Assembly: GCA_964035545.1 (NCBI GenBank)
Contig: OZ037767.1
Coordinates: 5,968,707-6,032,706 of the forward strand
DNA length: 64,000 nt
Source: Bugula neritina
Taxonomy: Eukaryota; Animalia; Bryozoa
Reading direction: 5' to 3'
Of this stretch, positions 27,401 through 38,430 are shown piece by piece. Under the pieces are notes generated by a model. The model ran no database searches and was not told where the DNA came from. It saw only the letters and a list, made by a program, of their open reading frames with translations. Each line of letters opens with the position of its first letter. Position 1 is the first letter of the stretch. The position numbers and the translations under genes were made by a program.

Positions 27401-29220
27401 AAGTCTGTTAGCTCTGGCTTAAAACCAAAATCAGCTCGTCAGCAGTTGCCCAAATATGTAGAGCAAACATCTTCCAGCAGTTCTTCTATAAAAGCTCAAG
27501 GAGAGTCTAAAGTTTTACAGCCGCCAAACTTTGATTCGCAGCCCAAATATTCAGCTCCATACCCAAGACCTAAATCCAAGTCCAACTTACCATGGCTAAA
27601 CAATAAGAAACTGGCTAATGATAGAAGATCCAAAGAAAATGTTCCTTCACGAGTTTCTGTTGATCATAGTAAATCCCTGGAGAAATCACTGGTGGCTAAC
27701 AGTACACTAAATGGTGGTATGCCTCCACTAGATTCCATGGACTTTGGATCATCCATAAATGAAGTGTGGAAGCTGGTTGATGGGCAAAATAGTCCTGACT
27801 CTACATTCCCTGAGTGATATTTTATTCATAAATATTTGTTGGATTTTGCTGATAGTTTAGTGATTTAAATTATGCTTCAAGCACGCCACAATGTTTTTTT
27901 TATTCTATAAAGTTTTGTAGTTTCAACTTGTATATTAATCACTGCGTTTTCAATCAATAAATTTAATGGTTAGATGAATTTAATGTGTTCAGATGTTTAT
28001 TTAGTTCGTTGGTCACTTCTACAAGTCAGTCATACTCTATAAAATTCCATTCCACTGTTGCTAATCAAGTATTATGCATCATATTAAATGAGGTATTTGT
28101 AGCGCCCTGGTGAATAATAGTTGTATGCATACAAGCGGATTCAAGAAAATGTATCAGTCAGTTGATCATAAGAAAAAACGGAAGTGAGCAAAGATCTCAA
28201 CAAGATAGTGTGACTGGTGAAGCACATGTCTGCCTTGTAGAAAGCTTGTTAGCTAAATTTAGAATCCGATGGACATATAGATACCACACCTTATTTCTTT
28301 TACAGCCTACATCTTTTTACACTCAATTAACCCTGACCTTATAATTCATTTTGTAATATGTGCTTCGATTTTCATGATGATAAATCTCACATTTCGCAAG
28401 CTAGTGTTATAAATTTCAGATTATGGCCCATCTTACCTACGCCATGGTAAAGCTTTTAAGAATGTTAACAATAAAAAGATCATTTTACATCTGTCTAGTA
28501 TGGATAAACATTGAGGATTATGATGTTGCACTCTGTCACTTTCTGTACAATAATCTGTTTGTTTTGTTATAACGTAAACTTCCATATAAACTACTTCGTC
28601 TGTAGCAATATACTTATTTGGAACAAAACAATGCGTACCCATGCTTGGATGAATATCCTACCCTATAAGAACCAATAATGATGAAATATCTTATTGATTC
28701 TAGATTCTCCAACTCCATAGTCACATGAGTTGATAACTTTACACAATAAATTTAATTTGTATAAATTAATGCATTTTTTGTAAAAGTGCTGTAATAGCTG
28801 TTCAAGGCAGGGTTTTGAAATTTGTCCCATTATAGCATTCTTACTGGGTTATAGTACAAGATGTTTGTATCATATGGCTTTAAAAGTGTGCAAATTTTCT
28901 TTACAGATCATTATATATTAATTTAGTATATTAATTTGAATCCTAAACATATCCATCAAAGATGGTACTTTTTAAAAGAGCAGTTTTCTTATGTGTTGAT
29001 TTTTAATTTTATTTAGTGCTTAGAAGTGCAGACCTTTTTATATGGAGCTAAAAGTCGGAAAGTAAAGGAGACGCAACAAACAATAGACGTGCTGATGTCA
29101 GATCCTCAGCTAGCTGCAAAGGTATCTCAAGGCAAAATCAAGGAACTTTCTGCAAGGCCAAGATTTAACACCATTGTTAAAGGACAGCAGAATTTGGGCG
29201 GTTTCAAAGGGTGTTTCTGA
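12450..29220 (+). CDS. TTC23: Tetratricopeptide repeat protein 23-like, 9 coding exons, about 488 aa
   Basis: Exons 12450-12713, 13106-13229, 14400-14502, 15225-15419, 16760-16966, 20511-20602, 22407-22546, 23196-23333, 29017-29220. All are GT-AG and phase-consistent. Motifs DLVRCTALARIVYGDCHWKYAE...QAQQHAEEAR and KCLEVQTFLYG match TTC23/TTC23L. AATAAA at 29711. Confidence 0.88.
19181..19699. mobile_element. Putative non-autonomous DNA transposon (about 520 bp) in TTC23 intron 5
   Basis: Termini TATACCT...AGGTATA. Subterminal ACCGAGTT occurs twice at left (gttgaaatttcaccga tandem) and inverted (AACTCGGT) at right. Richer in CpG than its flanks. Confidence 0.45.
22860..23090 (-). mobile_element. 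5'-truncated RTE-clade non-LTR retrotransposon relic
   Basis: Translation PRKLLYSQLKEGKCNPERPRLRFKDTVRRTMKKIGMDRNCWQKKA resembles the RTE ORF C-terminus, followed by a short (ATG)n tail on the minus strand. Confidence 0.75.
23757..27817 (+). CDS. CCDC57: Coiled-coil domain-containing protein 57-like, nested in TTC23 intron 8; 3 exons, about 996 aa, start codon unresolved
   Basis: Exons 23757-24203, 24950-26683, 27008-27817, all phase 0. Motifs LKNDFKYNLRLLQERDDEL, QALSHELR and LELDCQQRCLQIEREQHKKSEDLISRLSQAK match CCDC57. Own AATAAA at 27956-27961. Confidence 0.85.
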
Positions 29221-30482
29221 CAGCTGTCCATGTGATCTTGATTGCTATTCGCTGAATTTTTGCAAAGCTGATGACAATCTTAATAGAATATATACATTCC
29301 TGTAGTTTGGTATTTTAATCTCACCTAATCTACTAACTGAAATCTCTACACTGACAGGGTTTCTAATCTTGGATGTAGCTGCAAAATGGGCAGATGTATT
29401 TTCATACTTTTTCAAGTTCTTTGCATGTATAGCCTACACTTTATAGTGTTTATACCTTGTTTTATTAGGTTATTGAAATGATCCAGGTGTGTTGTGTTTT
29501 TGATAGATCCAGTGGTACTAGTTTAATAGATTTTAAATTATTATCCGTTTGATTTATAGTGGCATTATGGTTATGAGTCTACAGGCAGTTAAACATTTTA
29601 TTGTTGTTACTAATCATTACTAATATGCTTGATAGTCGTCCTCAAATGGTTAATATTTTCACTATTTGTCTATCTCAAAGCATATTTTTTTCAAGTTAAT
29701 AATTAATTGTAATAAAAATAGTCTAATATAGCCAGATTATTTATTTTAATACCATTTAATTTATATTTTGTGTGACATTGTCTGTGAAATAGTAATAGAC
29801 TTGGAATAATATTAATTCTCCACTAAAACCCACCGCAACGAAATTAGAAAGACTCAGGCGAAGTTTCTGTTTGTTTTATTTTTTGCAAGAATATTTTAAT
29901 GGTGGTTTTTATTCGGTAAAGTAGGGCAGTTACTGATTGCTGCTTCTTAAGAACTAATCACTTGTTTAATAACATACTGCATGGCGTCTTGTAAAAATGA
30001 TATGCTTGGCTGTTTTATATGTTTTTAACTACTTTTCCAACTTTTAATGACGTTTTGAGAAGTCATTAAATAAGCATAGATATTTCAGTTTTCTTGCATA
30101 GACAATAGAGAACTACTTTAATATTTAAGGAACTGTAACAGGTGCTCATTAGCTTTGTGAGGTAAAGAAATGTGTTGGCGTAAATTGCTGAAGTTGGCGA
30201 GTTAGGACTCATTTGCTAAATAAGTTTAATAAGTGAGTAATTAGAGTATCTCCCCATGAGTTTATATGGTAACTTTTGTGCCACCAGGTGGTGTGAGTTT
30301 TGTTAATTATACTTGATTAAAATATTTTGCAGCTCATTAGGTTTAAGTTGTTCAACCCTTTAAAGTATTGGGGTGGATGTCAGGGTGTAGATATTACTGT
30401 GATGAATGCTCTTGTATATTGGAGTACAGGTTTCTAGGCGTATATTTCAAGAACAAGATGACGGCTAAGATAACTTCTCTGG

Positions 30483-30490
30483 TATATAAA
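30483..30490 (+). promoter_or_regulatory. TATA box of secreted Cys-rich gene A
   Basis: TATATAAA about 150 nt upstream of the ATG at 30633. Confidence 0.55.
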
Positions 30491-30632
30491 TGTTAGCCAA
30501 GTGTTTGCATCGACACTGGTAGTTTGGCTACGGGTAGCGTTGTAAGATTCAGTTGACCTTCTAGTGGATCTTTGTTCATAATAGAAGTAATATCTGTATC
30601 AGCTGTTTATGCTACTCGTATATGTATCGAGA

Positions 30633-32380
30633 ATGATGAAGCTTCTGTTACTATGTGTAGGAACGTTTGCGGTGTGTCTAGGAGTCGGCCCGACATCACC
30701 TCATCAAAATGGTAAGAATTTGTGACTATTATCACCATTTACTCAACCTATTTAAAAATATATCTAATTTAGTCAATAAATACATGTATATTTACTACTA
30801 TTTCACATGTATTTTGATATCTCTGTGGTTAAACAGTTTCGAGTGTCACATGCTTATTGCTTTCAAACGCATTGCAGCTGTGTGTGACAGGGTTGGAAAG
30901 TTTGCTGTGGATCGAAACAACATGTGTTGGTACCATGAATGTGTAGTTAATGATGGACAGCTACGTTTTCTACCAAGAATATGTGGCATTGGCTCCCGCA
31001 TCAGCTACAACTACATACAAGGCATGAGTAATCCTTGCACAATCAACTTTGATTCAGGTAAGAAAGCCATGCACCAACTTTCTCACCTACCTGCTAACGC
31101 AGTTTTCCAGAATTGTTTATTTTTAGATATTGTTAATTAATCATTCAGTTTTGTTCTTCTCAATTTGCACATGGATTTCCTTGAGATTGCTTATTCTTTA
31201 AAACATTTCCTGAATTAGGTATTGTTTTATAATAATATCTTACATTGCTTGGACGGAAAAACATTTGACATCATAAAAAAGGGCAATTTATATGATGGTG
31301 TATTTGCTACACATTTATGTTGCTGTTTTTCTCATATGCAAAGTTAAAACGAGCTATGACTATTACACGTGTTGTGATTTTAGTATATGGCTATGAGTGT
31401 AAAAGGAAACAGGTGTCCGTAGATGGCCCACCCCTGTGCCACGCCCCTAATGTTAGACTGAGGTGTCAGAATGGAGGAACTGCAGTCTACGAATCAGAAA
31501 AATGCTGGTGTGACTGTCCAGTGACGTGGCGGGGAGACTACGATTGCAGCAAGCCAACCAGAGATCCTGAAGATCTTCCGCCAGGAAGTGATATCTGTAA
31601 GTTGAGTCTATCAACAATAACAGCTCAAATTATTTTATTTTATTTGAAATATTTAGCTTTTTTTTATCTGTTTTATATATTTCCAAACTCATCTCTTCAG
31701 CAACTACATCTGCCATTCATATTTCCTGACAAATAAGTTGTGTTTGCTTATGAAAAAGGCTTGCAAGTATTACAACACAGATTTTATGTTATTTACTAGA
31801 AATTTATATAATTTAATACAAACTTATATAATTCAATACAAATATATGTAATTTAATTTTTTTCCTCCACTTCCACTTGGTTGACTATTAGCAGTCTTGT
31901 ATGCAGCTCTCTATATTTTCAGCCTTTTGAGCTTGTTTTTAAGAGTTTAGCAGAGAGAATTCATATAACACCAGCTAGATTTTTTTTACCCTTCTAAACT
32001 ATTTTATTGAATATGTTTCTTTTGGAGAAGTTATTCAATAAAAAAATTAAAATAATTATTCAGAAATAATATATCATCTTAATTACGTGTTTTCCTTAAC
32101 AAGTTTTTTTAGCATTTCTGGTAGACTTGTGTTGTTAAACTGTGATTATTTAATTTTATTATTATTTGTACTTTGACAAAGTTCTTTTCTTCAAAACCTC
32201 TGCCTTTATTTTGCAGGTGTTGGAGGTGCACCCATGGCAGATTTTTGTCGTCAGCCAGGGGGTGGTTGTCTGAACGGTGGTGAATGCTACAATCAGTGCG
32301 ACAGTTTCTGGTGCAAGTGTCCAGATCCTGAGGAGAATGACTACTATGGAAAGAGATGCGAATATAAACCTTCAAAATAG
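30633..32380 (+). CDS. Secreted Cys-rich protein A: signal peptide, ChtBD2-like domain, two EGF-like domains; 211 aa
   Basis: Exons 30633-30711, 30878-31057, 31384-31596, 32217-32380, all phase-1 introns. Signal peptide MMKLLLLCVGTFAVCLG; EGF motifs CQNGG...CWCDC and CLNGGECYNQCDSFWCKC...YYGKRCE. Confidence 0.85.
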
Positions 32381-32672
32381 CTCAGTGTCTGTGTTTGATA
32401 ATATGGTTATGCAATATTTTAATCAGAATGCATATTTTTCGTTTTGTAGAATATGGAATTGTTTGTAATTCACATGTCATTTTATGTTATATTTTTGTAT
32501 TTACGCTAATATTAAATAAAATTTCATTGTGATGGACCATGTTATTGAACATTGTTAATTATTAAAACTAGGTGTAATATTCATAAACTAGCGTAGAATT
32601 TTATGTTGGCAAGTTGCTTAGCAGAAAAAATAGTTAAAAATTTTAACCAAAATATGTTAATAGAATCTATAA

Positions 32673-32783
32673 GTACATACATACGTACGTACGTACGTAC
32701 ATACATACGTACATACATCCGTACATACATCCGTACATACATGTACATACATACATACATATATATATACATATATAGATACA

Positions 32784-32817
<34 letters not shown>

Positions 32818-32930
32818 CATACATCCGTAAATGCATGCATCCATACATACATACATACATACATGTACATACATACATACATGTATACAGCCATATATAC
32901 AGCCATATATACAGCCATATATACATACAT
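32673..32930. repeat. Imperfect (TACA)n microsatellite
   Basis: Directly visible; source of the spurious MYVC/HTYI ORFs. Confidence 0.95.
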
Positions 32931-33239
32931 ATGAATAGTTCACATAACGTATTACGGTTTTGTCGGTCACCTATAATATTCTGCGCACGGTCTGGAGGTC
33001 AGTCATTAGCTCAGTTACAAGGGATACATGGGGTGAGACGTGATGTATTAATCACTATTGCTATATTAGGCAGCTCCTAGCACCAGATGATGTGATTAAC
33101 GCTTATCTCCAGCTCATCTTAAAAACTTATTTATCACACTTGAACATTATATGGATATCTCTGGTAAGCTAGCATTGCTAAATACTTTATTTGGTAACCA
33201 TGGCGATAAAATAGTATTACTTACCAGCGATTCTTGCAT

Positions 33240-33681
33240 CATATAAAGAGAAGCTGAAGAACTTTCTCCTCACTGATCAGAAAGCTCTGGGCAGTCAACA
33301 CATTGTTGCAGGTAAGATGGCTGCTAGCATCTGGGTCAACTTCAGCAGACTTACACAAAATAGTTTTAGTATTAAATATAGTTAACATTTCTAGTTACAA
33401 TATATCATTAAACCATGCAGGTGCTTGCTTGGTATACTACTTGTTTTAGTAATAATTGTAGTTAAAGAGTTACAATGCCCATTTATGATGGCAATGTTTC
33501 ACGTCGTGGCTTTTTAAATATTTCGTTTTGTTGAAATTTTGTTCATGTTTATAAGATAGGTATGTGTTTATTGTACTTGTATAGTATATTTTATGTAGAA
33601 CAACATACTCTGTGGGCGTGAGTAAAGCTCTACTGAGAGAAATGTTTTTGCATGATTATGATGTGTAAAGTTTTGTTTCAG
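33240..33681 (+). promoter_or_regulatory. TATA-like box, non-coding first exon and 5'UTR intron of secreted gene B
   Basis: ATATAAAAG at 33241; donor cag|gtaaga at 33311; acceptor tttcag|gcaacATG at 33681. Confidence 0.5.
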
Positions 33682-33686
33682 GCAAC

Positions 33687-35384
33687 ATGGCAAAATTCTT
33701 GATACTTTTGGCAGCTACTGCTGCTGTATGTTCAGCTGCTGGACCAACCCAGCCAGACTCAAGAGGTTAGTCACCGACTTTTTTTGTTATTCAACATCAT
33801 TTTAATATTTCACAAGTTTTCTGCTAATTACTACTGCTTATTGTTATGTCTATTTCATGGTTTTCTTGCTACAGCAAAAGTTCTATTGTTACAGAAATAA
33901 ATTTTGTTCATTTAGAAATATAACATTCATCTTATTAGAAAATCATGCTTTTTCTAAATATAGATTATGCTATCACATATTGCATGCAATCAACATAATT
34001 GTTCTATTTGACACGTTAATACTTTTACATTCGAGTAATTACATTAAACTATATGCTACTTTTACAAGGTCGATGTGATGAAGAGTTGAACAAGGTTGTT
34101 GACCAGAACAATATGTGTTGGTACCACGAGTGTGTGAATAAGGATGGCTATTTAGAATTCCTTCCGAGACGCTGCGCCGGTGGATCTAAGATCAGCTACA
34201 ACTTTGTCCAAGGACCTGAGAATCCCTGCACAGTTAATTTCGACTCCGGTAAATAAGTTTTAATTTTTCCGCATTTTTTGCAACACCTTATAAATACTTT
34301 AAATTGATTTTTTATTTTAAATAATTCAACAGAGTTCTGACTAATTGTTTTCTTCATGATCACTACTTATTAAAGCCAGTATTTACACTGAATTTCGCAA
34401 TGTGTTTTTATTTCTGTGATATGTAATAAATCAGTCGATTAAGCTAATCTTTGGAATCAATATAATTTCACTGTATCAGATATTTGGTAGTTCAAAAGAG
34501 TTGTCTTCTGTTGACAGTAATTGGTTACGACTGTGTGAGAGATCGCCCCTCAGTTGACGGGCCACCACCTTGCCACGACAGCTCTGTCAGACTGCAATGT
34601 CAAAATGGAGGAGTTGCTGTTTATGAGGCCGACAAGTGCTGGTGTGACTGTCCACTATCTTGGCAAGGGGATGAGCTCTGTCGTCTGCCCACTAAGCCTG
34701 TGACAGACCTGCCTGCAGGCAGCAGCATCTGTGAGTTATCTTCTCATAGCTACAATTCTGTGTCATTCAGCTGCTTTATACAAAACTGATCAGTTCCTTA
34801 GAACATGAACTTTTTGTGATAAGGTAGGGGCAGTAATGGAGAAATTGAAAGAAGCCTGTGTTCTAGAATAGAAATGTAGCATAAGAAATTATGTTCTTAT
34901 GAGAATATAAACCCGCGCCCCAAACCATAATTTAATAATAAAATTAAAGAACTTGGGCTATCTCAATTTTTCCACTACCGCTCCTAAATGTTTGTGGTGT
35001 TGTCCCCTATAGTTTAATAGGTTTGTAAGTTGAAAACCTGTGACCCGGTTTCTGGTGGGGGCAGCTGTTTTTACAAGCTATTTCAGCACTGAGTGTTGAA
35101 TTGTTTTAAGTTTTTTACACTTTGCTGGCATGATTATTACCTTGTTTGTTTGCAATAAAATATGAGTATAACTACACCAATAATCACATTTATTCAGTAT
35201 ATAATGTTGTTCTCGATTAATTTAAGGTGTGGATGGAGAACCAATGCAAGATTGGTGCAAATTAGACTACGAAGGTGGATGTAAGAATAACGGCATATGC
35301 TACAATCAGTGCGATACCTTCTGGTGTGACTGCCCCAGGCCAGAGGATTATGACTATTATGGCAAAAGATGTGAGCTTAGATAA
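33687..35384 (+). CDS. Secreted Cys-rich protein B, tandem paralog of A; 209 aa
   Basis: Exons 33687-33765, 34069-34248, 34518-34730, 35227-35384. The first three exon lengths (79, 180, 213) equal those of gene A. Signal peptide MAKFLILLAATAAVCSA; mature-region Cys pattern conserved with A. AATAAA at about 35529. Confidence 0.85.
34825..34986. mobile_element. Short MITE-like element in gene B intron 3
   Basis: taggggcagtaatggagaaattga at left is an imperfect inverted copy of tcaatttttccactaccgctccta at right; TA at both ends. Confidence 0.55.
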
Positions 35385-37329
35385 AGCAAATCTCATTTTT
35401 ATACCACAATAATGTAATGCGATGCTGTATGAACTTATACTAATCTAGTGTAATCCTTCTTTTTTATTTATGTTATGAGGTATTTTTCAACAGATCAGAT
35501 TATTCATGTGATTATTACATGCAATAACAATAAAACAATATAGACCCTATCTCTAGTGCTTTATAAAGTTATATTCAAGTTCAAGAAACTTACAGTACTC
35601 ACAACACAGCATACGTGGTAAAAGCATAAGTATGTTGTCCAACATTTCATTGGAAAGTCAGTGTTTCTAGTAGCTCACTTTAAACCATGATAGGTATTGG
35701 CTGGAATTTGACTATTAGGAGTTTTCTACACAAACTAAAAATAAACAGCATTGCATTATATAGCGCATATAAAATTCAACCAATCAGAGGCATCTATCAA
35801 CTCTAGTATCTCAATGTTATGTTATAACTTTACTACCAGATCAGGTTTCTGTAAGTCGTTCAAGTACCAATACATCATGCCCAAAAAGACGTGTTAAAAT
35901 AGAGTTTTTCATCTGTCCCATCACTTTAAACTGCTTAATTCTCAGTTTTATGTTCCGACATTTTACAAAAATAACTTTTTTTAAATGAACTCCAGGCCTC
36001 CAAAGTCACATAAATGTTAAAGAATGCACAAATTCTTTGGAAGCACGTGCATAATAATATTAATTACAATAGTGAAATATAAAAATTGGTAGTTTTCTCT
36101 GCTTTTTCATAGGAGTTGCCTACACTTCTGAATTTCCTAAATTGTCTATCGGCAGCAAGGCTTTCACAATTTTCTTGGCAGCTATTATTAACTTTTTTAA
36201 ATTATAGCTGTATATAGTCAAAGTCTTCCAATTTTAAGCGTACAAGTCCTGTGAACTAATAAAGTTGATATTTTTGTGTCACATTTTGCAACATTAACAA
36301 CAATTAAATATTTATTAAGTAGGTACTATCGCCAAAGATTCCAGTCCATATTTAGTTGACAAGTTTTCCAAGAACACTCATTTACAAACTTTGAATGGCC
36401 ATAATACTTGCGTATATTTTAGAGCTAAGTATTTCATACATATCATTTAATAATTCAACATGGCGGTGGCTTTACCAGCTGCTTGCAGATTTATAAATGA
36501 AATGCGGCTAGGTAGGATTTATCAATGATAATCCACCCGATTATTGCTTCACACATAATATAACTACATACTTATAGATTAGAACTACCCATGCAAGTAT
36601 CATAAATTGACATTTTGTATGAAGATGCCCTCATTAACCCATGTAAAAAATCATATTTTGTATTAAAGCTTTGATGTCTACAAACTTCTCTCCGGCATTG
36701 CAATTATAGCTTGAATAGGTTATTAAATTTTGAGTTGGCCTTTGTAATGATAATATTACTCGCAGTGTAGTAGGCAATTGCTGCTGCTATAGCCTATATG
36801 CTAGCAAACTGGAAATCAGTATTAGAATTTTAGTAACTTCTGGTATGCGTATCTTTATATAGGATTGTCAAACTACCAGCAATTCAAATAAATACTACTG
36901 AAATGTAAGCTAGTAGTTTCACAAAGGAATTCTTTTACTGCTCTCTTTAAGGTAAATATTATAGAACACACTTTATCTTGCTTTTTTATAGTATGCGCCT
37001 AGATGTAATAGAAATCTACTGAAATGTAATTGTTTTCTAAGGTTTTGTGTAGAAACAATATTGCCACACTGTAAGAATGGTGAGTTGACAGTTTTTGCTT
37101 TGTTTAAAAAAGCTACAAAATAATAATTTCCTTTATCTAGCAGATGCTTATCATTATATAGCAGTTAATAAATTCCTAACTTATAATCTAAAACTCATCA
37201 CAGTATATGTAGTAGCATTCTGCTAGCAGGAACATTTGTCTGTGTTCTAAACACTTATATCACTCCGAGTGCATTAAAGCAACAGAGTATGGATAGGGAG
37301 TTGCCTTTCCGATATACATGCACTAAATT

Positions 37330-37379
37330 CTCTAAACCACTGAACTGAAACTATAATATTATAGTTCAATGCTCTAAAC
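37330..37379. mobile_element. 34-bp palindromic insertion with 8-bp target-site duplication (hAT-like mini element)
   Basis: ctctaaac [cactgaactgaaactataatattatagttcaatg] ctctaaac. Confidence 0.6.
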
Positions 37380-38430
37380 ATGCACAAACACAAACTATTC
37401 CGCAGATAAACTTTTCTGTAGTTTGTTTTCATGCCCATTGCAGTAACCCAATATGTGATTTTTCATAATCAGACATTTCAAAACTAGCATTCTTTTGTAT
37501 GCAATTTGGAGCATTCTAGAAAAGAGAAATTAATCTCGGTTATATGTGATTTGGAATGTCATCTGAATTCCAATTAAATGAAAGACAAGTTATTTTTCCT
37601 ATACAGCCTTTTGACCTCAGTACTATTTATTAAAAGAAATGCAAAGAAAATACTATAGAGCGAGGAGTTATAGATGCAATACGTGTTAATGTAGGTTCTG
37701 CTCATACAGAAACAAACCCCAAGGGCTAGTGAAGCTGACGTACACTAATGAATGCAAACGAACTGCCAAGAGCACACAACTCCTGTTAATTGTAGATGCT
37801 TCATAGGAGTATGTACTCATCAGGCTGGGAAAATATTGGGTGTGAAAAGACAGCATTTTGTATTACAGGTTAGAGAATAATATATCTGTATAGTACTAGT
37901 TCTTATAAAATAACATCTGAATGATAATCATAATAATTATATATTCATGGCGTGAAAACAAGCTTTTAGTGAACTCATGAGGTGCTTGTCCTTATTGTGA
38001 CAAATGCCATAATTTGATGCAATGAAGAACATGCCAAGACAGCTTTATATTTGTATAGCAATAGCAGTACAAGTGCAATTATGCATTTTAAAATAATAAA
38101 TTGTAAATCGTTTAGATTAACAAAATATCACCATGACTTTGAATTGTTTATATAAAATTTTCCTATAAATTTATGCAAAAATAAGTGCAAGACATCACTA
38201 AATTCGCCATGAGTTTTTGCTCAAGACATACACAGATTCAGTTGTATGATCTAAACTTCCAATATAAATTCAAGACTAGCACCTAGTAATATTGCAACTA
38301 TTCAAAAAGTAAATTTATCACTTTATCATTGCTAAAACTATCTCCCTTTTGAAAAAAAACATGCTTTTATGAATTATATAAATTTTCATTCCCAAGGCTG
38401 CTATGCATGTCCCTGATTGGCTAAAATAGA

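Noticed and set aside
28433-28642. 69-aa minus-strand ORF between CCDC57 and the last TTC23 exon
   Set aside because: No recognisable motif or partner exons.
32581-33080. Several overlapping ORFs rich in M/Y/V/C or H/T/Y/I
   Set aside because: Translations of the (TACA)n microsatellite.
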